NCBI GenBank assembly: GCA_040182905.1
Contig: JARQWU010000003.1
Location: 62,001 to 113,008 of the forward strand
Length of the DNA: 51,008 nt
Direction of reading: 5' to 3'
From: Barthelona sp. PAP020
Taxonomy: Eukaryota
In this document: one piece after another, positions 40,309 to 50,743 of the stretch
How positions within the stretch are numbered: the first letter of the stretch is position 1
How the letters are laid out: each line of letters starts with the position of its first letter
Made by a program: the position numbers and the translations under genes
The notes under the pieces: model-generated
Seen by the model: the letters and a program-made list of their open reading frames with translations, nothing else
The model's database searches: none
What the model was told of the DNA's origin: nothing

Positions 40309-41718
40309 ATGTCTTGTGCAGTTCAAAAACGATTAGAATCATACAAAAAATCATTACCTATCAATCCTTTTGTATTATTACAGGCTGCAGCTTTTAGAAG
40401 ACAAACTTTATTTAATGAAAAGAGGTTAAGACTAAAACAAAATTTGGTTTGTTGGGAATATGTGGTTAAAAAAATCAAACAAACTCGTAACTTGGAAAGG
40501 ATGAATAAAATGGAGAAATTACAATATAAACAAGCTAAAGCCAATTGGAATAGGCATTATAATTTGATGCAGAGAACAAGTTATGCAAGGGAACATAATT
40601 TAAGAATTGAAGACATATATTTGAATCCTTCTTTAGCGAATTATCAAAATTTAACTGATGTAAGACTTCCAGGATATTTTGAAAAGAAAAGGTTGATTAA
40701 ACAGAAGAATATGTTGTTTAATGAGGATGAAAATGATGCAAATCGATTACAAACTATGGTAATTATTCCAGCGATTCATAATAAAAGATCTGAAATATTT
40801 ATGCAACATAGACATTTGTATTGGAAACCTCGATTACAAAAAGATTATAGCAAAACCAAATTTCAGCAAAAATTGATCTATTTAAATTCGGTTCGAGATT
40901 CTATTTTAAAAAAGAAGAGAATAAAAGCAAGACTTCACAATCAACATGTGAAAAAAATTATTGAATTGGTTAAAGAAAACACCATCAAACAATCAAAGAA
41001 TCTTTATTCTAAAATTCTTGTTCAAAACTATTACGCTAGCAAGAGGCGCTCAGCAAATCTCAATAATTACACTAATAAGATTAAATCTCATCTTTTGATT
41101 GTGAAATCCAAACATTTATCTTGGATTTTAAACGGTAAAAAAGAACAAAGTAGAGCTTTGATTGAAACCAGTGAACCTTGGTTTATCAACCATAAATCCA
41201 TCATGGATACCATGAATGAACCATTGAATCAAGCTAATATTATTTTAAATGAACAAAAGTATAGTTTAGATATCTATTTTTCCCAATACAATCCACAAAA
41301 AAGAAATAAAAAATCTTGGAATGAAAGATTGGAAAAAGCAAGATCAAGAAGGGAAAATATGTTGGCTAAAAGAAAAACTTTTTCGAAAGTTAATTTTATA
41401 AGGCATATAAGAGCCCATTCTCGCAGAAAGTTAAGATTTTCTCAAAAAATTGAGAAATTTCGTTTCAAAATGTTCCACAACCAAAATAGAAGAATGATTT
41501 ATCTTGGAGAAAGAAGAATAAAAGCTCTAGTTCACAATCGCAACGTTGAAAGAAAATTGAGAATATTTCAGACTAAAAACGTTCAAGAAGCTATTACAAA
41601 TGGATTTTCATTCAATAATAAAGGTATAGAAACTTCAAACAGAATTAGACGTTCAAAAAATGAAAAAATGCGTTTATTTGCACTTGAAAAATTAAAAAAG
41701 AGAATTCATTCAGTTTGA
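40309..41718 (+). CDS. Hypothetical highly basic (K/R-rich) helical protein
   Basis: 469-aa ORF with ATG start, divergent from the peptidase. Very rich in K/R and poor in D/E. Confidence 0.65.
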   Translation: MSCAVQKRLESYKKSLPINPFVLLQAAAFRRQTLFNEKRLRLKQNLVCWEYVVKKIKQTRNLERMNKMEKLQYKQAKANWNRHYNLMQRTSYAREHNLRIEDIYLNPSLANYQNLTDVRLPGYFEKKRLIKQKNMLFNEDENDANRLQTMVIIPAIHNKRSEIFMQHRHLYWKPRLQKDYSKTKFQQKLIYLNSVRDSILKKKRIKARLHNQHVKKIIELVKENTIKQSKNLYSKILVQNYYASKRRSANLNNYTNKIKSHLLIVKSKHLSWILNGKKEQSRALIETSEPWFINHKSIMDTMNEPLNQANIILNEQKYSLDIYFSQYNPQKRNKKSWNERLEKARSRRENMLAKRKTFSKVNFIRHIRAHSRRKLRFSQKIEKFRFKMFHNQNRRMIYLGERRIKALVHNRNVERKLRIFQTKNVQEAITNGFSFNNKGIETSNRIRRSKNEKMRLFALEKLKKRIHSV

Positions 41719-41847
41719 ATGATTCAATGTTTCAAAATTTATTCTTATTACTTGAAAATAAACTTCATTTTTTCTCTTTTTTTTTTCTATCAATGTTGAA
41801 TTGCATTGTTTTTTTTTTTACTTTTTTGTTTCTTTTTTTTTTAAAAA

Positions 41848-44406
41848 ATGAGTGTAGAAAGAACTTTAAATGAAAATTTAATTGGTTTATTAATGAAAAG
41901 TTTTTCTAAAAAGAAGAAAAACCAATTAACAGAAAATGAAGACAATGAATTGAAGGAATATAAAAAAAATTTATCTCCAGAAGTTTATGATCAACATTTT
42001 CAACATGCTCAAAAAGAATATCAAATAAAAAAACAATTGAAAGCGGAAAGAAAACAAAAACAATTAAGTTTTACAAGCAGTAATGGATTAAAAACTGTTC
42101 ATTTTGACGATATTACCAATGAATATTGTCCTAATTGTTATAGGATTCAAGAACAATATGTTAATGAATTAGAATCATTAGAAGATACTTTAGATGAAGT
42201 TACAACTCAATCCTATGAAAAGCAATTAAAAATAGAAGCTTTAGAGCAAAGAATAGTAGAATTACTGAAAATTCATGAAGAGAACATTGAAAACACGAAA
42301 AATGAAACTATGATACTGTGTAACAGTATAACGATGAAGCAATTACTCTCGAAATTTCAATTCATTACAAATATTCAAAATATAAAGGATATTGATGAAA
42401 TTTCTGATGAAATAATTTCGTTTATTCATAGTTTAGAGGATAATATAGATGAAAAGGATGAAACAATTGGAAAAAAAGAAGAGGAAATTCATGATTTGCA
42501 TAAAGAAATAAGTGAATTAGAGAAAGAAAAGATTAAACATCAAGAAATGCTTGCTGATTCACATGAAGCAACCGAAGAGTTGAATCAGAAAATTTCCCTG
42601 CTTGACGATGAAATTTGTGTGTTTGAAGAAAAAGTCAAAGCAATTGATCCATTGAAACAAGAGATAGCTGATTTAAAATTGTTGATTGACCAACGTGATC
42701 GATCGATTGAAGTCTTAGAAACCTCTCTTAGGAATGAAAAGTTAGAAAGGTTGAATGAAATGAACGGTTTACATTCGATCATTGAAGCTCACTCCAAAGA
42801 AAACAGTGAAATGAATGAAAAGGTGAAAGATGAAAGTCTCAAAGTAAAAGAGCTTGAGAAACAACTAGCAGGAGTCACATCTATTGCTATTGATTATTCC
42901 GAAATGATAAAGGGAATTCAAATAACTGTGGAATCATTAGGTGCCAAAGTATTGGAAGATCCAAAGATTACAGCAATTCTTAAAGCTTTTAGAAAGGAAC
43001 TGGATGCTATAGCTTGTTATTCACCTTATAAATCACCCACAGCAGAATTGTTCCATGCGAATAATGTCTTATTACAGGAGCAAACCATGTGGATTACCAA
43101 ACGCAAGGAAATGCAAAATAACATGGCTATTTTAGGTTCAATTACTAAGAAACAAATTTGTACTGTCAGGGATGAATTTGAAGATATGAAGAACTCGGTC
43201 TTTGGTATGGTTGACCAAATGAATGACTTTTTGTTTAACGCTACATATGAAATAGGTCAATTGTTTTCAGACAATATGGCTAATTTGGTGGTTGAACGAA
43301 AAAAGGAAAAAGGCTTTATTGTCGATGATGCAACAATCAAAGATTCATCTAAAGGCACAGAATCAAAACCTTTTGAAACATCTTTTCAAAAGAAAGCGCT
43401 ATTAGCTGATTTGAATTCGATTATTGATTATAAGGAACTCGATAAAAGCATTTCTGATGATGTAACATCTGATATTGGACGTTCTTTAGCTATTTCGGAT
43501 TTGGAACCACCAATTCATCATCTACCAGATAATCCATTTATTAACGTTTATGGAAATGTCATCGATTACACAGAAGATGTGCTTAAAATAAATGTATGTG
43601 CAAACGATGATGATAAGAATGCAAAACCCTTGTTAAGTCTGAATGGGGGAACTTTCCAACAACAATTATCCGATATTTTCATTGAAAACGATAGATTGGA
43701 CTTGAAGAATTTTCATAAGCATGTTTTGACAACAATATCTAATGATTTAGATGTTTTAGAGCCTCTACCAGCCTTATTTGTTGAATACACTTCTTGTGGT
43801 GACATCAATAAGAGCTTTTGTAAGAATAAGTTGATACCATCAACAATTGAGCAATATTTCCTTTTAAAACAACAAAGATCTTCATCTCACATATTCCTAA
43901 ATCCCAAGTTGTCAATGCTTTCTATCAAAGACGATTTGGATGATAAAAATATTGTTTCTGCATATGGTACAAAACCACATACATTTTTAACTACCTATAT
44001 TCAAGCTTTCAACACATTGGAGCTGGAAGATACTCAACAATTCAAGGAAGAAATTGAAAACTTTGCATCAATTGCAAAAGATTCAATTACACTAATAACG
44101 TTGATATTTGATGTGCGTTCTTTGTGTTTACCTACTGGCGCATTACCAACAAGAACTCGTTTTTTCTTTTTGATAAGTAAACCTGTCGAACAATTTAATA
44201 ATGGTCTAAAATGTATTATTCAACAAAAAATGAAGATTAATAATGTAAACAAATCTAAATCAATGATTCTTAATTTATTGGAAGAAATACACACTGTTAA
44301 AAAATCAAAAATTAATCTTTTTTTCAATTTAAATGATAGTGATGAATATTTAGAAGAGATATATCAAATTTTTGAAGCTTTAAACACACTATTTGATAAT
44401 TTATAA
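41848..44406 (+). CDS. Coiled-coil protein with a C-terminal degenerate kinesin-motor-like domain
   Basis: Long heptad-rich region (about aa 95-480). The last ~290 aa follow the kinesin motor pattern without P-loop or switch motifs (see findings). Confidence 0.6.
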   Translation: MSVERTLNENLIGLLMKSFSKKKKNQLTENEDNELKEYKKNLSPEVYDQHFQHAQKEYQIKKQLKAERKQKQLSFTSSNGLKTVHFDDITNEYCPNCYRIQEQYVNELESLEDTLDEVTTQSYEKQLKIEALEQRIVELLKIHEENIENTKNETMILCNSITMKQLLSKFQFITNIQNIKDIDEISDEIISFIHSLEDNIDEKDETIGKKEEEIHDLHKEISELEKEKIKHQEMLADSHEATEELNQKISLLDDEICVFEEKVKAIDPLKQEIADLKLLIDQRDRSIEVLETSLRNEKLERLNEMNGLHSIIEAHSKENSEMNEKVKDESLKVKELEKQLAGVTSIAIDYSEMIKGIQITVESLGAKVLEDPKITAILKAFRKELDAIACYSPYKSPTAELFHANNVLLQEQTMWITKRKEMQNNMAILGSITKKQICTVRDEFEDMKNSVFGMVDQMNDFLFNATYEIGQLFSDNMANLVVERKKEKGFIVDDATIKDSSKGTESKPFETSFQKKALLADLNSIIDYKELDKSISDDVTSDIGRSLAISDLEPPIHHLPDNPFINVYGNVIDYTEDVLKINVCANDDDKNAKPLLSLNGGTFQQQLSDIFIENDRLDLKNFHKHVLTTISNDLDVLEPLPALFVEYTSCGDINKSFCKNKLIPSTIEQYFLLKQQRSSSHIFLNPKLSMLSIKDDLDDKNIVSAYGTKPHTFLTTYIQAFNTLELEDTQQFKEEIENFASIAKDSITLITLIFDVRSLCLPTGALPTRTRFFFLISKPVEQFNNGLKCIIQQKMKINNVNKSKSMILNLLEEIHTVKKSKINLFFNLNDSDEYLEEIYQIFEALNTLFDNL

Positions 44407-44590
44407 AAGTCTTTCACAAAATATTTTTTTTTTAATTTTTACTTCAACAGATAAACAAATAATTCTGAGTAAATATGTTATCAATAGTCTATTTTTAGTT
44501 CAACAAAAAATAATCAATATGACAGTAAATATTTTTTGGGAAGAATAATACATTTTTTTCAAATCATATTATAATGTCAATACTATCGAT

Positions 44591-47500
44591 ATGAAATTAA
44601 ATATTTATTGTTTCATTATATTGTATATTTGTTTAAATTACGTTTTTACAAAAATTGAATTTGAAAATTCAATTACGGAATATGAAATTTCAGAATTCTC
44701 CAAATTAGATTCATACACAACCTTTAGTTCATCAGAGATATCATTTTTATCGTATTTTATTCCAAAAACTATCGATATTCCTGATGAATGTTTTTTTTAT
44801 TCTTTTTATCCGCCATATAAAATTATTTTATGTCCTAAAACATATAATATTAAGAGTTATATGACATTATTTCCTTCAAAATTTAAAATTGAAAAGAATA
44901 TTTTCCAAAATTCAAATTCAAAATTCAACTTAATTGTCTACGATCCTTTTAATGGCCAAGAATATATATATGAGAAATTAAGACAAATTGAAGAGGTAAA
45001 AATTGTATCTTATCAAACACATAACACAAACCAAATGTTTGGTATTCAAATTGATATATCTAGCAGTTCAAATTACACAAAAACAATATTATATCTTTCA
45101 AATTTGTCGTTTATTATGTTTGTATCTAGCAAAAATGATGACACCTTTTTCAACTCTTTTTCAGGTCGATATTTAACCGGTAGCACCTTTTCTTTACCTG
45201 AAACCAGTGGAATTTATCAATTAGGAATCAATGGAACTGATGCCATTGTGGGAGTAATGGATACAGGTATCACTCAAAATAGCCCTTGGATTACAGATTC
45301 AAACACGTTTTCCTTCAATTCTGAAGAGGCCACGGACCATAGAAAGGTTGCTTTCTATGACACTTCTGAAGGAGATACTCTTGATACACATTCCCATGGG
45401 AGTCATGTTGTTGCCACTATTATTGGTGAAGCTCCAATATGTACAACAGCAAAGCCGTTCGATGGTGTTGCTTTTGGTGCTCGAGTGTATTTTGTTGATG
45501 TTCATAAGAGTACAGGAACCAATATTCCTGTTGATCCTACACCTCATTACCTGAGGTCATACGAAAAAGGGGTGTTTGTATTTTCAAACAGTTGGGGGCA
45601 AAGTGCGCCTGCTTCGACAGATTCGAATGATCGGGCCTTCCTAGTGGATACTTTTCTCTGTGCTAACCCCGAGTTTAGTTTGGTTTTTTCCGCGGGTAAC
45701 AGTGGTACTGAAGGATTTGGTACAGTAAGTCCACCTGCATCTGCCGTAAACACTATTTCTGTTGGTGCTACAATGCCACCATCAACGTTCTATAACACTT
45801 ATTGTTGTGATGGAGGTAGGAGTTGTTGTACAACGAGGGAAAATGGAAAATATTCTCAATATTATGATGTTGTCAGCATCGCAGAGTATTCTTCGTTAGG
45901 TCCCACTTTTGATGGTAGGTTTGGTGTTGATTTTGTTGCTTCTGGAACAATTTTATCTGCCGGTGCGTTTTCAACCACAGTTTCAGCCTATTGTCCTTCG
46001 ACTAATGCGTTAGAGTCGTATTTATCCTTCGATACATTGGTTTTGAAATCAGGAACTTCCATGTCTGCACCTCAAATATCAGGATTGATAGTTCTATTAC
46101 GTGAATATTTGAATAAACACCCCCCTATCAATATAAATGGAGGGTATTACACAAAACTCAGTTCATCATCAATAAAGAGTGTATTAGCAACTATTTCTGA
46201 CCCTCTAAGTGGAGTTTTTTATTACAATGGGACTTTTAAACCTATTTTATGGCCATTTGCACAGTATATGTATGGGATGGGGTTTCCAAAGGTGCAAAAT
46301 TATTTGCCATCCTTATCCAGCAATGAGTTTGCAATGACTGATATTATACTCACGATTAATGAGGTATATGTTGTCAAGATATCAACTAGTACTGAAAGAT
46401 TGGCCACTTCTATATCTTGGACTGCTCCACCTGTTCTAGCCAACAGTGATATTCAGCTCTCAAACGATATTAATTTGATTGTTGTTGATTCAACCACAAG
46501 TACCGTTTATAAAGGGAATGATTTAATTGGGCGTGACAGTTCTAATGGTATAGACAGCTCATTTGACAATTTAAACACATTAGAACGTGTATTACTAGAA
46601 AAGCCAACTTTTGGATACTATTATGTGATTGTTATCGCCAATACATTGACTTCCTCGAAGCAAAATGTTTCCTTGACGTTGAATGGACAGTTTAGTCTTG
46701 AATCTGCAGGACAGTACAATATTACTGAATTTGCCATCGATTCTCACTGTAGTAATCATGGTTTGAATATCCATGGGTTCTGTTTATGCAATAATTCATA
46801 TTTTGGTAACAATTGTCAATATAAACCGATCGAGATTACACAGGACACTGTTGATATTGATATTGAATTACCATTAGGTACAAAAGGAAGATATCAATGG
46901 ACAATAAAAGATGAATCGTCTTTTGCAGGTATTTATGTTAAAAAAGCATCTTTAATTGTCACTTACAATGGAATCAGTAAGACTATTCATGTTGATTCTG
47001 ATGATATTGCGTTGTATATTGATGAAAAGGATGATATATTACCAACAACAACTTGGAGTCAAACAGATGTTTTTGATTACCAGATGCTGTTTCATTCCAA
47101 GCCACAATTGATCAGTGGTACGTATGATGTTGTTATTGATGCTAAGATCACCAAGAACATACTTGAAAGTCTGGCAAATAACGATTCCTTGACCTTTATA
47201 TACGAAGACATTATGAAATCAAGTTCTTGGAGTGTGAAGGCTTTGAAAGATATTAAATTGAAATTGTCGATTGGATTTGTTCAAAAACCTTGTTCTATCT
47301 ATTGTTATTTCAATGAAGGAGAATGTTTAAAAAAGCCTGAGCTTATTTTTGATCTTATTTATCAAAATTTCAAAAATATTTCCAAATATTTCACTTCTTC
47401 AAATTATCATAACACTGCAGTTTATCAGCTTTATTCATTAGTTGAAGATTTACCATTTTCTCCTTATACAGACATCTTTTATTATGATAGTTCATATATT

Positions 47501-47671
47501 TGTAAATGTCCAATTGGACAATCAGGAGATCATTGTGAATTAAAATACGCTAACTACAATGATACGTTGTTGGTTTACAATAATTCTATGATTGCTTTGA
47601 ATCCTTTATTCATTGTTATCATTTGTTTGTCTATTGCTTTCCTGCTGATTTTAAAACAGATTCTTCGTTGA
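44591..47671 (+). CDS. Membrane-anchored S8 subtilisin-like serine protease with EGF-like modules
   Basis: Signal peptide, triad motifs VGVMDTG, HGSHV and SGTSMSAP, NSWG, FSAGNSG, EGF-like CSNHG..CLC..YFGNNC and CKCPIGQSGDHC, and a C-terminal TM helix. Confidence 0.92.
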   Translation: MKLNIYCFIILYICLNYVFTKIEFENSITEYEISEFSKLDSYTTFSSSEISFLSYFIPKTIDIPDECFFYSFYPPYKIILCPKTYNIKSYMTLFPSKFKIEKNIFQNSNSKFNLIVYDPFNGQEYIYEKLRQIEEVKIVSYQTHNTNQMFGIQIDISSSSNYTKTILYLSNLSFIMFVSSKNDDTFFNSFSGRYLTGSTFSLPETSGIYQLGINGTDAIVGVMDTGITQNSPWITDSNTFSFNSEEATDHRKVAFYDTSEGDTLDTHSHGSHVVATIIGEAPICTTAKPFDGVAFGARVYFVDVHKSTGTNIPVDPTPHYLRSYEKGVFVFSNSWGQSAPASTDSNDRAFLVDTFLCANPEFSLVFSAGNSGTEGFGTVSPPASAVNTISVGATMPPSTFYNTYCCDGGRSCCTTRENGKYSQYYDVVSIAEYSSLGPTFDGRFGVDFVASGTILSAGAFSTTVSAYCPSTNALESYLSFDTLVLKSGTSMSAPQISGLIVLLREYLNKHPPININGGYYTKLSSSSIKSVLATISDPLSGVFYYNGTFKPILWPFAQYMYGMGFPKVQNYLPSLSSNEFAMTDIILTINEVYVVKISTSTERLATSISWTAPPVLANSDIQLSNDINLIVVDSTTSTVYKGNDLIGRDSSNGIDSSFDNLNTLERVLLEKPTFGYYYVIVIANTLTSSKQNVSLTLNGQFSLESAGQYNITEFAIDSHCSNHGLNIHGFCLCNNSYFGNNCQYKPIEITQDTVDIDIELPLGTKGRYQWTIKDESSFAGIYVKKASLIVTYNGISKTIHVDSDDIALYIDEKDDILPTTTWSQTDVFDYQMLFHSKPQLISGTYDVVIDAKITKNILESLANNDSLTFIYEDIMKSSSWSVKALKDIKLKLSIGFVQKPCSIYCYFNEGECLKKPELIFDLIYQNFKNISKYFTSSNYHNTAVYQLYSLVEDLPFSPYTDIFYYDSSYICKCPIGQSGDHCELKYANYNDTLLVYNNSMIALNPLFIVIICLSIAFLLILKQILR

Positions 47672-47770
47672 AAAAAAAAAAAAATAAATAAAAATAAAAA
47701 TAAATATTTATTTAATAATTTTTGTTTTATAACTGAATCAATTGTTTAAAAGGAGTAAAAGAGAATTTTC

Positions 47771-47838
47771 AAGCCAAGAAGCACTGTGTGTATGAGTAAA
47801 TAAAAAAGAATAGTGTTTGTTTGGTTAAAGGTTTTCGA
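47771..47838 (+). repeat. Dispersed direct repeat, copy A
   Basis: Matches 50270-50337 at 61/68 nt without gaps by manual alignment. Weaker similarity continues to about 47990. Confidence 0.9.
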
Positions 47839-48657
47839 AGCCTTATCGAACATTCAATTCTCCAAAAGTTAAAATTAAAACTGTATAAATTTGCTTTTGC
47901 CAAATTCAAAAAGGAAACAAGGACAAGAAGTTCTTTCTCAAAGACGCAACCTGGACCATACAAAAGCATTTCAGTTTGGATCTCACACCATGAGTTTTGA
48001 CATGAATTCACAGAAATGACTATTTGGTTTGCTTTCTCTGGAAACAAGTTTATGTCACCACTACACCAAAGTCTCATGACACTTTTATCTTTTCTTTTTG
48101 TTACGATACCGATTGTTGGAGTCCAACCCAACAAAAACAAAAAACAATTGCAAATGATGTTGCCTTTATTTAAATAAATTGAAGGTTGTCACACTACCAA
48201 CATAAGAGGCTCATTGAAGAAGTGAAAAATGTTTCTTCAATGGAAGAAAAAAAGAAAATTTAATGTGGAAGTTCATGCTCAATGAACGGAATTTATTGGA
48301 GATATAAAGAGGTCAATACCATCATTACATCAACAAATCTGTGAAAATAAATTGGAACAATGTCTTTTCTAAAAAAATATTCGAACAAACATAATTATGA
48401 CAAACCTTCATAATTGTGCGACATTTTCACAATGTTTCAATCAATATCAAAAGCTTAATTCGCTGCATCAATTCGAAAAAGGAAATCTCAAGAAAGAATT
48501 AACAAACATTGTGAAGAGATCTCTACAAACCAGTCAATCATCGAATTTCATTTTGCCACCAACTAAATTAAAATAATGCCTGATTTAAGGGATAAATATT
48601 GAATATTCAAAGAGAAATGATAAATTTTGGGGTTCTTCATTTTTTTTTTTTCCAACA

Positions 48658-49632
48658 ATGATTGTTAACACTGCAGTTGAGGAAACTGACCCTTATGTTA
48701 AGTATAACATGGATCGAGTTGTTGTTCCAGATGGGTTCGATGTGGATGGATTTGAAGATAATGGTCGACCAAAGAAGATATATTATGCAGCATATGATGG
48801 TAATCTTGATGTTGTCAAGCAGTGTATCAAAGCTGGCGTTGATGTGAACAAACAGGGCAAGGAAGGAAGGACAACGCTTTGGGGAGCTTCTTTTGGTGGT
48901 CATATTGAAGTTGTTGAGTTTTTGTTAGATTTTGGCGCTGATGTTAGTTTGTGCAATAATGACGATGCTTCTCCATTGTACATCAGTTGTCAAAATGCAC
49001 ATCTTGATGTTGCCAGAATGTTCTTGGATCATGGAGCGGATGTTAATTTGTCTGTGGATGGTGGATTTTCTCCATTGTACATCAGTTGTCATAAAGGTCA
49101 TCTTGATGTTGCTAAAATGCTCTTGGATCATGGAGCTGATGTTAATTTGTGTGATAATAATGGTGCTTCTCCATTGTATGTTAGTTGTCAAAGAGGCCAT
49201 CTTGATATTGCCAAGATGCTTATAGATTGTCCCGAAATGAACCTAAACGGTGAAGATATGCTGTTATTTTTCAACAGATTGTATGCAAGTGATGAACAAT
49301 GGAAAAAGAACAAATGCAGTATTTTGAGCTGTCCCAATTTAAAACAACAATTGGAGAGTGGTGAGCCTATTGATTTGAAATTTGAGCATTTGTCCAAATT
49401 TGAGTTGATTGAATTGGTGAAGGATAAGGGCTATCTTTTATCAACACTTGTTGCAATGAAAGTAAACGGTGGCATCATCCGAGAATTTGTCAGTGCTGGA
49501 GTCTACATGAATCAAAGAGATTTCAACATGTCAATCAACTTATGTTGGGATTTGATTGACATTAATGAAAGAAATGGTGGCAATATGCGTCAATATATTG
49601 ATGAAGAGATGGAAGATGACAACGATGATTAG
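48658..49632 (+). CDS. Ankyrin-repeat protein
   Basis: About 5 ankyrin repeats (SPLYISCQNAHLDVARMFLDHGADVN etc.) followed by a unique C-terminal region. Confidence 0.92.
   Translation: MIVNTAVEETDPYVKYNMDRVVVPDGFDVDGFEDNGRPKKIYYAAYDGNLDVVKQCIKAGVDVNKQGKEGRTTLWGASFGGHIEVVEFLLDFGADVSLCNNDDASPLYISCQNAHLDVARMFLDHGADVNLSVDGGFSPLYISCHKGHLDVAKMLLDHGADVNLCDNNGASPLYVSCQRGHLDIAKMLIDCPEMNLNGEDMLLFFNRLYASDEQWKKNKCSILSCPNLKQQLESGEPIDLKFEHLSKFELIELVKDKGYLLSTLVAMKVNGGIIREFVSAGVYMNQRDFNMSINLCWDLIDINERNGGNMRQYIDEEMEDDNDD
48937..49230 (+). repeat. Three tandem 99-bp units (ankyrin-coding)
   Basis: Units start at 48937, 49036 and 49135 and share DNA-level blocks such as tctccattgta and catcttgat.ttgc. Confidence 0.9.
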
Positions 49633-50099
49633 AAATGTCTTTTTTGTGGTTACATGTCTATTCCATTCATGTTTTGTGGATAATTTTTCTTCACATATAA
49701 ATCGTAGTTTATTCTTTTTTTGATATAATCTCTGAAAAAGGTTTGTTACCAACTGAGTGAATGGAAGAGGGCTCGGAATGTTTCATGGGAGGAACTTTAA
49801 CTTTGCAACCAACTTACTCTTTCATTCACCACAAAACTGAGATTCTTTATCCAAAAAACAGAAAATGCCTTGTTGGAGAATTCTTTACAAAAGTAAAAGA
49901 GCAATTGCTGCATTGAATTGTGTTGTAGTTGTTAAAGAGTTCATTATGAAATTTTAATGTTGCTATTAATAATGAAGGTAATATACTACTAATCTCTTTT
50001 GGAGTGATCAAAACTAATATTTCTATGTTAACCTCTTCCATTTTTAATTTTCAAAAAAAGAAGTCAGAAATTAAAAAAGGTTCATCGTTTTCAATTACC

Positions 50100-50555
50100 T
50101 CTCTAAAATTTTGCTATTATTTCATACAAAGAACTGTGACAAGAAAATTCCACCAAATTTTCCCACTTGATCGTCGAAGTTACATTTCAGTCTTTCAAAT
50201 TTCCGCTTTGGTTTCGACTAAAATTCATGTAAGTTAGTTCTTTGAATTAATTTTTTTGTAATTATTTCCAAGCCAAGAAGCACTGTGCGAATGAGTAAAC
50301 AAAAAAGAATGGTTTTTATTTGGTTAAAGGCTTTCGAGGGCCAAATGATTTGTTGAAAGACTTTAGATTTTCTAAGGTAAAGTTTAAACTTTAAAATTTT
50401 GTTTTTGCAAAAATACAAATAAATAGGAATGAAGAATTTCTCCGAAATTCTCCTTCTTGATCATTCAAATTACATTTCAGTCCATCAATTCCCCTTTTGG
50501 GATTTTGGCTGAAATTTGCCAGCAGAAGTTTTCTGAGTTTATTTTCTTTGTAAAC
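50100..50555 (+). repeat. Degenerate repeat with ~290-bp spacing, containing copy B of the 47771 repeat (50270-50337)
   Basis: cttgatcgtcgaagttacatttcagtc (about 50167) versus cttgatcattcaaattacatttcagtc (about 50456). Flanks also align loosely. Confidence 0.7.
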
Positions 50556-50743
50556 AAATATAGTTGTTTCACCACCTAACTAATTTTTTATATTGATTGA
50601 AGGAAATTTTGAATTGTTTAAATTGTTCTTTTTTGTTTAAAAATGATAAATTCATAAAAAATTTTCATTGAATATTTGAAATGAAAACAGATCAAAAAAT
50701 TTATCAATAAAATATTTTAAACAGAATTTCCTTTTTTTTAACA

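Noticed and set aside
47771..50555. Repeats as a CRISPR array or intact LTR pair
   Set aside because: No regular repeat-spacer pattern, no TG..CA termini or gag/pol between the copies, and the context is eukaryotic.
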